Part shown: piece by piece, positions 8,920 to 17,806 of the stretch
How positions within the stretch are numbered: the stretch's first letter is position 1
Layout: each line of letters starts with the position of its first letter
Origin: a virus
IMG/VR virus record: IMGVR_UViG_3300035670_000939
Span: 1-30,631 of that record
Reading direction: 5' to 3' (one strand)
Length of the DNA stretch: 30,631 nt
Program-made: the position numbers and the translations under genes
Notes under the pieces: generated by a model
The model's database searches: none
What the model was told of the DNA's origin: nothing
Seen by the model: the letters and a program-made list of their open reading frames with translations, nothing else

Positions 8920-9663
8920 TTACTTTTTAAATAGATTGTTAAATTGTTTAATTGCCTTTAATACTTCCTCATTACTCGCTTCTTCTACTGCTGGTGTCGG
9001 CTCAACTGCTTCTGCGGGTTGAGTGATTGTTTCTGCAACTTCTAAAGCTACTAACTCGGCTTGTATTTGTTTTATTTGAATCTCCATCAAAGCAAAGGTG
9101 TCATCTGTGAAACTACCACCTCTAAATGCCTTGATTAAGTTTTCCAATCTGTTTGATAGGTTTTCTTTAGCTTCTTTGAACTCGCCTTTGAAACCTAATG
9201 TTGGTGTTTCTGGGTTTGCTCCCCAAAGCACCGCTGAACCTTCGTATAACTTAAGTTCAGTAATTGTACGAATACCTGTCTTTTGGTCTACATCTGACTT
9301 TAACGTACTAAATCCGATTGAGTGTTGATTGATTAACCCAGCTTCATACAACTTGATTGCATCTTCTCCACACTCTGTTTCTATTAATTCAGTAACCGCA
9401 ACAAGCATATCGCCTTCGATGTACAATTCCTTAGGCTTACCTAAAGTATGTGCCATATCGGCTTTGTGGTCAACTAAAGACCAAATCATATTCTTGCCCT
9501 TTGGTCCACGTTCTTTTATAGTCTTAGTAAACGCTTCAGCAACGATAATATCATTGTCCAAATCAACGTTTCCAATTCTTGACCAACACGCTTTTACTGT
9601 TCTTGTTTCTGGAGTTACATCCAGAATCATATCATTGTAGCTTTTGTTTTCAATCTTACTCAT
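8920..9663 (-). CDS. Prohead maturation protease (HK97/S78 family)
   Basis: Contains VDLDNDII, VDHK, NQHSIGF and YEGSAVLWGANPETP, in the position between the MuF-like and capsid genes. Confidence 0.8.
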   Translation of the reverse strand: MSKIENKSYNDMILDVTPETRTVKACWSRIGNVDLDNDIIVAEAFTKTIKERGPKGKNMIWSLVDHKADMAHTLGKPKELYIEGDMLVAVTELIETECGEDAIKLYEAGLINQHSIGFSTLKSDVDQKTGIRTITELKLYEGSAVLWGANPETPTLGFKGEFKEAKENLSNRLENLIKAFRGGSFTDDTFALMEIQIKQIQAELVALEVAETITQPAEAVEPTPAVEEASNEEVLKAIKQFNNLFKK

Positions 9664-9685
9664 ATAACAAAGTTATTAATTTTTT

Positions 9686-10567
9686 TTAATCTGCTAACAA
9701 ATCTCTTATTAAATTAGAAATTTGCATCAAAGCCACATTATTTATTAGATTCCAAACTAACCCCATATCTCCCATTGGTGGGTTATCGGCTAACCTTTTA
9801 GGCTTACCATCTGTGCCTCTCACGGCTTCGTAACCTAACGTACAACGACAATTGATAACATCCCCAGCACTTCCACTTGGGTCGCAAGGATGTAACATTT
9901 GCTCAAAACCTCCATTTTTAGTTTTAACATTAAATTTTTCATCGTATGCTACTTTTACTCCATCCATATGGAAATGGTCAAACATATCTCTTGGAACTCG
10001 CCTTGTTCGGTTATCTCTTGCAGCTATCCACTCTTTCATAGTTACAAGTCCAGTTGAAGCCGTACCAACCATTGAACCAATGTTTGCAGCCCTTCCTGTT
10101 TCCGTTCTTGCAATCATCTCTGCTCTATAATCCGTAATACCAGCCGTTCTTAATAGCTTTATTGTTTCTTGCATAGTTAAACCTTCCTCAACTGACTTCA
10201 TCAAGTATTGTTGAATTTGGTTCTTTGTTGTTTGTGTAATCTCGGCAGCTATATTGTCCAATCCTTTTAATTCAAGGTAAGTCAACATCACATAAGTAAA
10301 CAAATCAGTTTGCTTACTCTTAAACTCCTCTGGACCATAATAACCCTTTACAGACTTAGATACGTTTTTCTCCGCAATTTGTGCCATCTTAACCCCCATT
10401 GCAATGTGAAGGTTTTGGATGGTCTTTTTTATCTTCTTGTCGCTTATAGCGTTTAAATCTTGGGTATCGCAATAAGTATCCACTTGCCTTTGTAGTTCTT
10501 TCTTGAACTTAGGCGAGTAGGTTTTTAATGCGTTAGCATAAAGTTTCTTGTAGTCTTGCCAAATCAT
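9686..10567 (-). CDS. Minor head protein, Mu F / SPP1 gp7-like
   Basis: Contains AEMIARTETGRAAN, WIAARDNRTRR, HFHMDG and INCRCTL. Confidence 0.8.
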   Translation of the reverse strand: MIWQDYKKLYANALKTYSPKFKKELQRQVDTYCDTQDLNAISDKKIKKTIQNLHIAMGVKMAQIAEKNVSKSVKGYYGPEEFKSKQTDLFTYVMLTYLELKGLDNIAAEITQTTKNQIQQYLMKSVEEGLTMQETIKLLRTAGITDYRAEMIARTETGRAANIGSMVGTASTGLVTMKEWIAARDNRTRRVPRDMFDHFHMDGVKVAYDEKFNVKTKNGGFEQMLHPCDPSGSAGDVINCRCTLGYEAVRGTDGKPKRLADNPPMGDMGLVWNLINNVALMQISNLIRDLLAD

Positions 10568-10938
10568 TTGTTAGGGTTGTATGCCCAATTCTTTAAGGAA
10601 ATATCCCTCTTAGATGGACACTCTTTGTTTACAGGTTCTCCTTGTTCCATATTCTTCATTCTACTTACAAAGCTAATCGTTCTATTTGCCGACTTAACTT
10701 CGTTTGCACCCCAATCCGCTTTTTTCTTACTAAGTAAGTTTAAGTTCCTATTTATTGGACTTCTATCTAATGAAGCTAAACGTGAGCATTTAGTTTCACT
10801 CCAAGCCTTTAACTCGGAATAAGACATATTTACTGTGTCGTGGTACTTTCCGTACACTTCATCAATGACTTCGCTAAGGTCGGCTTTTAGGTCAACCTTT
10901 ATATCAAATAACATATCTAAGATGTCTTGACTATTCAT
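10564..10938 (-). CDS. DUF3140-like small protein in the head module
   Basis: VNMSYSELKAWSETK...SLKNWAYNPNK resembles the DUF3140 pattern (VNMT..EL..WL ... L.NWGHDP.K), from memory only. Confidence 0.4.
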   Translation of the reverse strand: MNSQDILDMLFDIKVDLKADLSEVIDEVYGKYHDTVNMSYSELKAWSETKCSRLASLDRSPINRNLNLLSKKKADWGANEVKSANRTISFVSRMKNMEQGEPVNKECPSKRDISLKNWAYNPNK

Positions 10939-12310
10939 TTGGTAGAGTTAATGGTTGAAAGTCATCTGGTGATTGTAAACTTGAAGGGATGTATAGTTTC
11001 TCCATTTCAGCTTCATCAATGTATGGAGGAATCTCCAAGCCCATAATATCCATCTTTTGCTTAGGTGCAATCCACCAAGCCTTATCTAACCAATCAACTT
11101 GCTCTGCTTTGTTTGCTTCTAATTCTCCGTAAACACTTGCATCAAAGTCAACGTAAATGTTAGTTCCACGATAACCCCAATCAGAATGTAGTTTACGATT
11201 TAAGTTATCTCTAATACCTGTAAGCAAAGGAATAGCACAACGTAAAGTCAATGCCTTCTCACCTTCTCTTTGGTTGTTATAAGTTTTATTGTCGCTATCG
11301 TTTAAAAGTTGTGCTGGTACTCCGTAAATATTACAAAGTGCTTTCATATCCCACTTCTCACTCTCGATGATGTCTAATTCAACAGGACTTAAACCAATTT
11401 GTTTCCAGTCTACTTTGTAACCACTAACCGCAATAGAATTAAAGTTAGCAGCACCGCCTTTTTCACTCACCGCCTTTTTAAGTGCTTGTGCTTGTTGTGT
11501 TCCACTAATTGGGTCAAAGCGTTCATCATTCATAAAAAGAACTCCAGCTGGACCACCATTCTGGAAAGATGCAACCGCCGCAGTCTTCGCTTCGTTTGAA
11601 CGAGTCAAGTTTTTCGCAGCAGCCATCAAAGGAGATTGACCATATAGTTGATTCCCAGTTGTATTCCATTGTGGGTTAAAGTATTTATCTTGAAGTATTT
11701 CTTGTTTCGTAAAGTTCCAAAGTGGACCATAGTTTAATTGGTAACCAGCAATAGTTGGAGGGAAGTTTTGAATATCCGCTAAAACGTACATATACTGTGA
11801 AGGCAATACATACATCTCAAATGGTTTTCCGTTATTATTACCACCTTCAATCATCTTTGCGTAAACAAAAGAGTTTCCTGTGATTAACTTAAACGCACAC
11901 CACGCTTCTACGAAATCGCCGAATGTATCTTCTCCGTTAGGATATTTCAATAACTCGTTTAATCGTGCATCGCCAGTATATAGTTCAAATGCTTTCTTAT
12001 GTAATTTCTCTACATCTTTCCAGTTCTCAATCTTATCTGGTTGGCTCATCAAAGCCTTGTATTTCTTCGCTGATACCTCATCCACTACTTTGTAAACGTG
12101 GAATGGTGCAAGTTTTGCTTTATCCGTAATTAACTTAACGATAGAATAAACTATATCATTCGCTGAATAACCATCACGCACAAAACTAATGTTATCGCCG
12201 CCTTGCCACGTTATGATAGATTGTTGAATAGCTATTTGGCTATTGAATGGTATTTGTGGTAAAACAGTTGATAGTTTTTGTCTTTTAGTAAAAAAGTCAA
12301 GTAATCCCAT
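10931..12310 (-). CDS. Portal protein
   Basis: 459 aa directly after TerL, with the portal-family region GPAGVLFM...ELDIIESEKWDMKALCNIYGVPAQLLN. Confidence 0.85.
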   Translation of the reverse strand: MGLLDFFTKRQKLSTVLPQIPFNSQIAIQQSIITWQGGDNISFVRDGYSANDIVYSIVKLITDKAKLAPFHVYKVVDEVSAKKYKALMSQPDKIENWKDVEKLHKKAFELYTGDARLNELLKYPNGEDTFGDFVEAWCAFKLITGNSFVYAKMIEGGNNNGKPFEMYVLPSQYMYVLADIQNFPPTIAGYQLNYGPLWNFTKQEILQDKYFNPQWNTTGNQLYGQSPLMAAAKNLTRSNEAKTAAVASFQNGGPAGVLFMNDERFDPISGTQQAQALKKAVSEKGGAANFNSIAVSGYKVDWKQIGLSPVELDIIESEKWDMKALCNIYGVPAQLLNDSDNKTYNNQREGEKALTLRCAIPLLTGIRDNLNRKLHSDWGYRGTNIYVDFDASVYGELEANKAEQVDWLDKAWWIAPKQKMDIMGLEIPPYIDEAEMEKLYIPSSLQSPDDFQPLTLPNE

Positions 12311-12346
12311 TATATATGAATTTTAACAAAGTTAATATAATTTATC

Positions 12347-13513
12347 CTAAAATACCGATACTTCAAATTTTGGCTTATTAAAGTGCGTGTAAACGGCATA
12401 CCTACAAGCATCAATAGCATCATCATTAGCCTTCACTGGTTCTTCAATTACGTTATCGTTTTTATCCTTTTTCCATTTGTAGGATTGAAACTCACGCTTT
12501 AAGTTTTGGCTATTGTAGTGCAAGTTTATAGGATATGACTTCATCTTCATAATACCAGCCCATACATCCTTGACCGCTGGTTTAATGTTGAAGCCTTGTC
12601 GGTATAGTTCCTCGATTGACTTAGGCTCGGCAGCATCCGCATAGATTGTTGCTCTATCTGGTACTTTCTCTTTTATCAATCTTGACAGGTCGCTTAACGT
12701 TAATCCGCTTTGGTATATTATCTCCTCAAAGTAGTTTTGTCCTTCATAATGTGTAACCTTAACCAATGCAGCTGGGTGAACATAACCAAAGTCCAATCCA
12801 TAGAACACATCTCCATCTGGTGCTTGGTCATATTGTTTCCATTGAGTATAGATTAATTCCTTTGCTGCTCCTCTTTGTCCCAATCCGTAAACCTTCCACA
12901 TAAAGTCATCTGGCAAATCTTTGTATTGCTCAATGTTCTTAACTTGGCTTTCGCTTAAGTTTGAGATGTTGTTTAGGTAGGTAGAATGGATGCGTTTGTT
13001 GTTTGGGTTGTCAGCTACCTCATATACCCAAGACACAAAGTCGGCTGGATTCCAGTCTAAGAATACTTGCCCAGTTGTACGAATCAATAGTTGGTCAAAT
13101 AAAGCCTTACTAATTAGGTTTGCCTCATTTACGAATAGTATGTCCCTTGCTGGTCCTTTTGCTTTGTCTGGGTCTTCAAGACCGAACAACTCGATGTAAG
13201 AGCCATTCTTAAACGTATAAATGAAATCGGTATAACGGAAGTCTTTTTCATCCCATATGTTCCATTGCTCCATTATTCCTTTGAAGTCCCTATAAACTCC
13301 ACGCTTAATATGTGGTAGTGAGTGAGAAACGCACGAAATCCTTGTATTAGGATTGTTTATTGCAATGTGTATTAGTAACTGAACAACTGAATAGCTTTTA
13401 CTTGACCTCGAACCACCTTCATTGCATATTATCGGATAACCTTGCTCATATGCCTTTTTATTAGCATAGAAGACAGGTGTAGCCTTAATCTTTAATTGGT
13501 TGACAATCTGCAT
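12347..13513 (-). CDS. terL: Terminase large subunit (PBSX/Terminase_3-like)
   Basis: Walker-A-like NEGGSRSSKSYS, the DILFVNEAN motif and C-terminal nuclease-like GLDFGY...DAIDACRYA. Confidence 0.85.
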   Translation of the reverse strand: MQIVNQLKIKATPVFYANKKAYEQGYPIICNEGGSRSSKSYSVVQLLIHIAINNPNTRISCVSHSLPHIKRGVYRDFKGIMEQWNIWDEKDFRYTDFIYTFKNGSYIELFGLEDPDKAKGPARDILFVNEANLISKALFDQLLIRTTGQVFLDWNPADFVSWVYEVADNPNNKRIHSTYLNNISNLSESQVKNIEQYKDLPDDFMWKVYGLGQRGAAKELIYTQWKQYDQAPDGDVFYGLDFGYVHPAALVKVTHYEGQNYFEEIIYQSGLTLSDLSRLIKEKVPDRATIYADAAEPKSIEELYRQGFNIKPAVKDVWAGIMKMKSYPINLHYNSQNLKREFQSYKWKKDKNDNVIEEPVKANDDAIDACRYAVYTHFNKPKFEVSVF

Positions 13514-13832
13514 CTGGTTCTATTGTGATTTGCACATTACCCTTAATGTCAGCGGTGATGTCGGTTGTTTGCTTTGGTTTACCCTCTAATCTATCCACTA
13601 CCGCCTCGTATGCTCTTTGGTCGCCTTTTAACGCTTTGGCTATCATCTGCATATCCATTAACTCAAGAACTGTAAATTCTTCATCTTCGCCTGTAATTGG
13701 GTTGCGTTTCTTTTGTACTAATTCAAGTAACCTAAGTAAGCGAGTCTTTGAGTTTTGAACTCCTTTACCCCTACCTTTTGGGTTTCTTACCTCGCCTTTT
13801 TGTGCTGGGATTAAATTATGTTCATTTGCCAT
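13485..13832 (-). CDS. terS: Terminase small subunit (putative)
   Basis: N-terminal NLIPAQKGEVRNPKGRGKG motif is common in small terminases. The gene is immediately upstream of terL and overlaps it. Confidence 0.6.
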   Translation of the reverse strand: MANEHNLIPAQKGEVRNPKGRGKGVQNSKTRLLRLLELVQKKRNPITGEDEEFTVLELMDMQMIAKALKGDQRAYEAVVDRLEGKPKQTTDITADIKGNVQITIEPDADCQPIKD

Positions 13833-13855
13833 ATTCTCTTAATTTCCTCTAATTT

Positions 13856-14980
13856 TTACAAAGTTACCCCGTTCTTCTTGATAATCAATGTTGGGTCAAG
13901 TTTTTTCATTCTATCTACAATCACTTGGCAGTATTTTGGGTCAAGTTCCATACCATAGCATTTGCGTTTAAGTTGGTGTGAAGCTACCATAGTTGAACCA
14001 GAGCCAAGAAATAAATCAAAGATTAAATGTGATTCTATACTACTATTTGTTAATGCCTTTGAAACTATTTCAATTGGCTTTGGAGTTGTATGTCCTTCTT
14101 CTCTTTTGCTTTTTGCTATCCATATACTTTCTTGTTTTCTATCTGAATACCATTTATGTGTTCCATTATTAAACCATCCATATAAACAAGACTCGTGCTT
14201 AGATTGATAATCTGTTTGAGAAAGTACAATGCTTTCCTTTTCCCATATAATCATGCTTGAAAAATGGCAAAATTCTCTAAATACTTTATGAAATATATCT
14301 GCACATCTATCGCTATGGAAACAATATATAGATGCTCCATTTTTAACATTAAGCAAGTAATTTTCAAAAGCAGAGTTTAATAAATCTTCTAATCCACCTC
14401 TATCATCGTTATTAATTCCCTTGTAATCTACTCCATAAGGAGGGTCAGTAAATACCATATCAGCCTTTTGTCCGTTCATTAGCTTTGCCACTTGGTCGCT
14501 ATCCGTACTATCCCCACAAAGTAATCTGTGTTCTCCTATCTCAAATAAGTCTCCTAATACAATATCCGTTTCTGTACCACCATCTGGTACGGCAAAGTTA
14601 TCTTCTTCTGCTTCTAATACAGTTGAATCAAAGTTTGGTATATCTAAACCCCATTCTGTTAAATCTTCTACATCCCAGTTGTTTGCAAGATCATCCCAAT
14701 CCCACTCTCCATATCCTACATTGTCCTTTACAATAAATTCTTTCTTTTGTTCTTCGGTTAGTTCTTTAGCTTGTTTTACAGGTACATCCGTAAGCCCAGC
14801 TTCAATACAAGCCTTTAGACGCATATTACCGCCTAAAACAATATTGTTCTCATCTATTACAATAGGTCTAAGTTCAAGCATTTGTGGGAAGTCTTGGATT
14901 GACTTAACCAGCTTCTTAAACTTGTCATCCTTGATAATTCTTGGATTGTTTGGGTTTGGTTTGATTTCGTTGATGTTCAT
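13856..14980 (-). CDS. ParB-like nuclease domain fused to a beta-class N6A/N4C DNA methyltransferase
   Basis: N-terminal PNPNNPR...GGNMRL (ParB-N). Motif IV TDPPYG precedes motif I FDLFLGSGST. Confidence 0.85.
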   Translation of the reverse strand: MNINEIKPNPNNPRIIKDDKFKKLVKSIQDFPQMLELRPIVIDENNIVLGGNMRLKACIEAGLTDVPVKQAKELTEEQKKEFIVKDNVGYGEWDWDDLANNWDVEDLTEWGLDIPNFDSTVLEAEEDNFAVPDGGTETDIVLGDLFEIGEHRLLCGDSTDSDQVAKLMNGQKADMVFTDPPYGVDYKGINNDDRGGLEDLLNSAFENYLLNVKNGASIYCFHSDRCADIFHKVFREFCHFSSMIIWEKESIVLSQTDYQSKHESCLYGWFNNGTHKWYSDRKQESIWIAKSKREEGHTTPKPIEIVSKALTNSSIESHLIFDLFLGSGSTMVASHQLKRKCYGMELDPKYCQVIVDRMKKLDPTLIIKKNGVTL

Positions 14981-15174
14981 TATCTGTTTTTTGTTGGAGT
15001 TCGTATTGATGCCGTTTGTGGCACTTCTTTAGTTTTTAGGCTTTCAAACCCTATTTTAGTGTTGCATTTGAAGCATCTTACTTTGTGCTTAGGTAGTTCA
15101 CTTTCCCAAACAAAGTCTTCCGTTAGCCTTCCGCATTTACATTTATATTCTCTTTTACAATAAGTGTCTTTCAT
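14980..15174 (-). CDS. Small zinc-ribbon protein
   Basis: CKCG...CFKCN cysteine pairs in a 64-aa protein. Confidence 0.5.
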   Translation of the reverse strand: MKDTYCKREYKCKCGRLTEDFVWESELPKHKVRCFKCNTKIGFESLKTKEVPQTASIRTPTKNR

Positions 15175-15628
15175 ATGTTAGGTTTACAAGTTCTTGTTTG
15201 TATGCTTGATTAGCTTCATCTAATGTTTTAAATGTGCCAATATGAACTTGTTTTTTGTTTTTATAAATTTTTACCGAATATGTTTTGTTTTTTGTAAACT
15301 GAACGCATGGATTATCTGAATTAAAATAATGTAATACATTTTCTCTATTATTACACCATTCTAAATTAGTAATTACATTGTTTGTTTTATTTAAATCTTT
15401 ATGATTTACTAAATCTTTGTTTTCAATTTTAGGCAAAAATGCATTTGCAACTAATCTATGTACTGCATAATCTTTACCACATAAACTTACTCTATGATAA
15501 CCATTAGTATCTTTAAATGGCTTTAATATTATTGGTTCTTTTCTTCTAAACGATTTTATATTACCAAAGTTGCTAACTTGGTACATTCCTATAAAACCTT
15601 GAATATCAACAAATATTTCTTTTAGCAT
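15155..15628 (-). mobile_element. HNH homing endonuclease with a C-terminal AP2-like DNA-binding domain
   Basis: GMYQVSNFGNI (NUMOD4-like), VHRLVANAF, VNHKDLNKTNNVITNLEWC (HNH_3) and YSVKIYKNKKQVHIGTFKTLDEANQAY (AP2-like). Confidence 0.8.
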
Positions 15629-15744
15629 CTTCCTTGATTTACATATTTTTTAACCGCCTTATCCTTAGGACCAGATGTCTTTTTGTACTTGCCACACTTT
15701 CTTTTGCCAAAGCTAACCTTGTTGTTACTACTTACTTTCGCCAT
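15622..15744 (-). CDS. Very basic 40-aa protein
   Basis: My own translation: MAKVSSNNKVSFGKRKCGKYKKTSGPKDKAVKKYVNQGRC. Its stop overlaps the HNH start. It is below the ORF-track size cutoff. Confidence 0.35.
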   Translation of the reverse strand: MAKVSSNNKVSFGKRKCGKYKKTSGPKDKAVKKYVNQGRC

Positions 15745-15898
15745 AATTATTAATTAAATCTGCCATAAAATCAAATGCCTTTTCTTTAGTATCACCAAAA
15801 ATATAATGTTTGACACCTTCTATTTCACAAGTGAAGCAAAAGTAACCAGCGATTACTTCTTCTTTGCAGGTTTCAAATATGTTACTTGTATCTTTCAA
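15728..15898 (-). CDS. Possible 56-aa protein with a TTG start
   Basis: This is the only open frame filling the gap after ninG: (M)KDTSNIFETCKEEVIAGYFCFTCEIEGVKHYIFGDTKEKAFDFMADLINNYGESK. There is no upstream ATG, so the start is uncertain. Confidence 0.25.
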   Translation of the reverse strand: MKDTSNIFETCKEEVIAGYFCFTCEIEGVKHYIFGDTKEKAFDFMADLINNYGESK

Positions 15899-16262
15899 TT
15901 ATATCGTTTAACTCTGTTCTTGACCACTTCTTAATTGTTCTTTGGTTTTCCTCTAACCAATCTACCATTTCTTGACCTATTTTATTAATTAAGTTTTTAC
16001 GATAATTAATTAGATGAAACTCATTAAATCCATTGTCTGATATACATTCTCCGTGTACATTATATTCATTAAACCTTAAAAAAGAACTATTTTTTTGAGG
16101 TATATAGTGTCCAGCGTTCATTTGTTCAACTGGCAATGTTCTACCACAAGATATACATATAAAATATCCATTTTCCGAATCACGCTCCCTAACATACTTG
16201 TTAAATACTTTTTGTGCTTTAGCAGTTAACTTTGGTATTGTATCTATTTTTGTAGTTGCCAT
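15882..16262 (-). CDS. ninG: NinG/Rap-family recombination endonuclease
   Basis: FNKYVRERD...CISCG...NAGHYI...LRFNEYNVHGEC...YRKNLINKIG matches the lambda NinG pattern. Confidence 0.8.
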   Translation of the reverse strand: MATTKIDTIPKLTAKAQKVFNKYVRERDSENGYFICISCGRTLPVEQMNAGHYIPQKNSSFLRFNEYNVHGECISDNGFNEFHLINYRKNLINKIGQEMVDWLEENQRTIKKWSRTELNDIIERYK

Positions 16263-16899
16263 TTCTTATTGGTGTATCTATTGCTTTTTTATGATTCCAT
16301 CCTCTCATTATCCTTGTTCTAATAGCAGCAAAATGCATATCATCAATATTCTTAAACCTCATTAAATCCATAAATGCATATTCAATGCCATCATAATTAA
16401 CCTTAAATGTAATTTCTCTATTATTAACATTTTCTTGATTAGTTACAAATCTACAATTATTTGGGCTATATCCATCATTATTATTTATTCTATCTATCCT
16501 TAAATTTTCATCATAACCATTATTTAATGCCCATTCTTTAAATGATAAAAAGCTATTATTCCATTCATCACATACAGTTATATTTCTACCAGAATATCTA
16601 TCAGCATTTATATATGATTTTAAATAACATCTCTCCTTCATTGACCTCCAACATCTATATAATGGTTTATGAGATAAATTATGCTTTTCATTTAAACAAC
16701 CACAAGTTTTAATCCTTCCTCTAACTAAATGCAATAGTCTAATAACCTTTTCATTCCCACAATCACATTTGCATAAAATAGCCCTATTTTTTTGTCCAGA
16801 TGGCAATATTAATCTTTCTGCTTCTTTTATAACAGTTAGTTTACCAAATTTATCTCCTTTGTTTATTTGTAACTTTGACATTGCATTACTTTTATGCAA
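16219..16899 (-). mobile_element. HNH-type (homing) endonuclease of the common phage GRLTV...CDCG...DRI.N.GNY family
   Basis: FGKLTVIKE, CKCDCGNEKV, KTCGC, LYRCWRSMKERC, YSGRNITVCDEWNNSFLSFKEWA, RIDRINNNDGYSPNNCRFVTNQENVNN. It overlaps the ninG start by 44 nt. Confidence 0.75.
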
Positions 16900-16907
16900 A
16901 TATACAA

Positions 16908-17105
16908 TTACTTTTTCAATCTAACAACACATAATCTTTCCTTATGCTTGTATCGTTTTTTGTTTATTGGGTTCATTGCCGACATAATTGTCTTATAGTC
17001 CGTACCTAAATACCTAATCGCTTTTGCTATTGACCTAAACCAAATCTCCTCTTTTGTATCTAAATAAATTAATCTAACCTCGATGTTGTTGTCTATTCCT
17101 GTCAT
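16908..17105 (-). CDS. Orphan NUMOD1/IENR1-like HTH mini-protein (possible homing-endonuclease remnant)
   Basis: IWFRSIAKAIRYLGTDYKTIMSAM resembles the DNA-binding module of GIY-YIG/HNH homing endonucleases. No catalytic domain is present. Confidence 0.4.
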   Translation of the reverse strand: MTGIDNNIEVRLIYLDTKEEIWFRSIAKAIRYLGTDYKTIMSAMNPINKKRYKHKERLCVVRLKK

Positions 17106-17221
17106 TTAATCAATCGTTTTATTTCAAAGTATAAATGTGCAGTTAGGTATAAAAAACAAGCCAATGGAACTGCAATCAATATGAACTTTAATAGTTCGTA
17201 AATAAAAGTTAGTTGTTTCAT
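17102..17221 (-). CDS. 39-aa single-TM peptide
   Basis: My translation: MKQLTFIYELLKFILIAVPLACFLYLTAHLYFEIKRLIK. It has an ATGA overlap with the downstream gene. Confidence 0.35.
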   Translation of the reverse strand: MKQLTFIYELLKFILIAVPLACFLYLTAHLYFEIKRLIK

Positions 17222-17222
17222 G

Positions 17223-17309
17223 TTATAAAAATCTTTTAATTATTTCAATCAAAATCCATCCAAAAGAAAATCCAATCATAAAATCTTTAAAGTTAAATTT
17301 GTATTTCAT
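17223..17309 (-). CDS. 28-aa hydrophobic peptide
   Basis: My translation: MKYKFNFKDFMIGFSFGWILIEIIKRFL. It has an ATGA overlap with the upstream gene's stop. Confidence 0.3.
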   Translation of the reverse strand: MKYKFNFKDFMIGFSFGWILIEIIKRFL

Positions 17310-17566
17310 AGGTTATCAAGCATATCTTTTACATCTTTAGGTAATTCCCTGTCTTGGTTATAGGTTTGGTTATAGTATTCTTCTGCACCATTTTCTTCTG
17401 TTAAACAACCATCTTCATTTACATTTATTTGTCCATATTCAAAAGCATCTATTATATGCTCTTTTTCCATTTTAAGTAACATTTCGTAATTATCCAAAAA
17501 CCAATCAGTAAAAGATACACCATCATTTTTATAGCTTTCAACTGCTATTTGCATTGCTGTTTTCAT
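17306..17566 (-). CDS. Hypothetical acidic protein
   Basis: 86-aa ORF with protein-like composition and tight packing. No motif recognised. Confidence 0.5.
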   Translation of the reverse strand: MKTAMQIAVESYKNDGVSFTDWFLDNYEMLLKMEKEHIIDAFEYGQINVNEDGCLTEENGAEEYYNQTYNQDRELPKDVKDMLDNL

Positions 17567-17571
17567 AATGT

Positions 17572-17736
17572 TTATTTTATATAATGTCTTACTTTTTGAT
17601 AATTAGATGGAGTACCAAAACTTTTAGTAATCCCATTGCACTTTTTACACTTATAATCAGCAGACATATTATATCTAAAATATAGTTCGTATTTATGTCC
17701 AAAAATTATACAAAGCATTTGTGGTATTGTTTTCAT
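17572..17736 (-). CDS. DUF1660-like small Cys protein
   Basis: My translation: MKTIPQMLCIIFGHKYELYFRYNMSADYKCKKCNGITKSF... The LC..FGHKY...C..C pattern resembles DUF1660 prophage proteins. Confidence 0.4.
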   Translation of the reverse strand: MKTIPQMLCIIFGHKYELYFRYNMSADYKCKKCNGITKSFGTPSNYQKVRHYIK

Positions 17737-17806
17737 AGTGTTTGTTTTAAAATTACCCCCACCGATTTACCCGAATTACTACATTGGTTAAATAATATGG
17801 TGAGGG

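Noticed and set aside
17753-17806. Long-loop hairpin (CCCTCACC ... GGTGGGGG) as a terminator after the 240-aa gene
   Set aside because: The 35-nt loop and the lack of a clean U-tract make it a poor intrinsic terminator. I kept it only as a low-interest note about the shared 9-mer.
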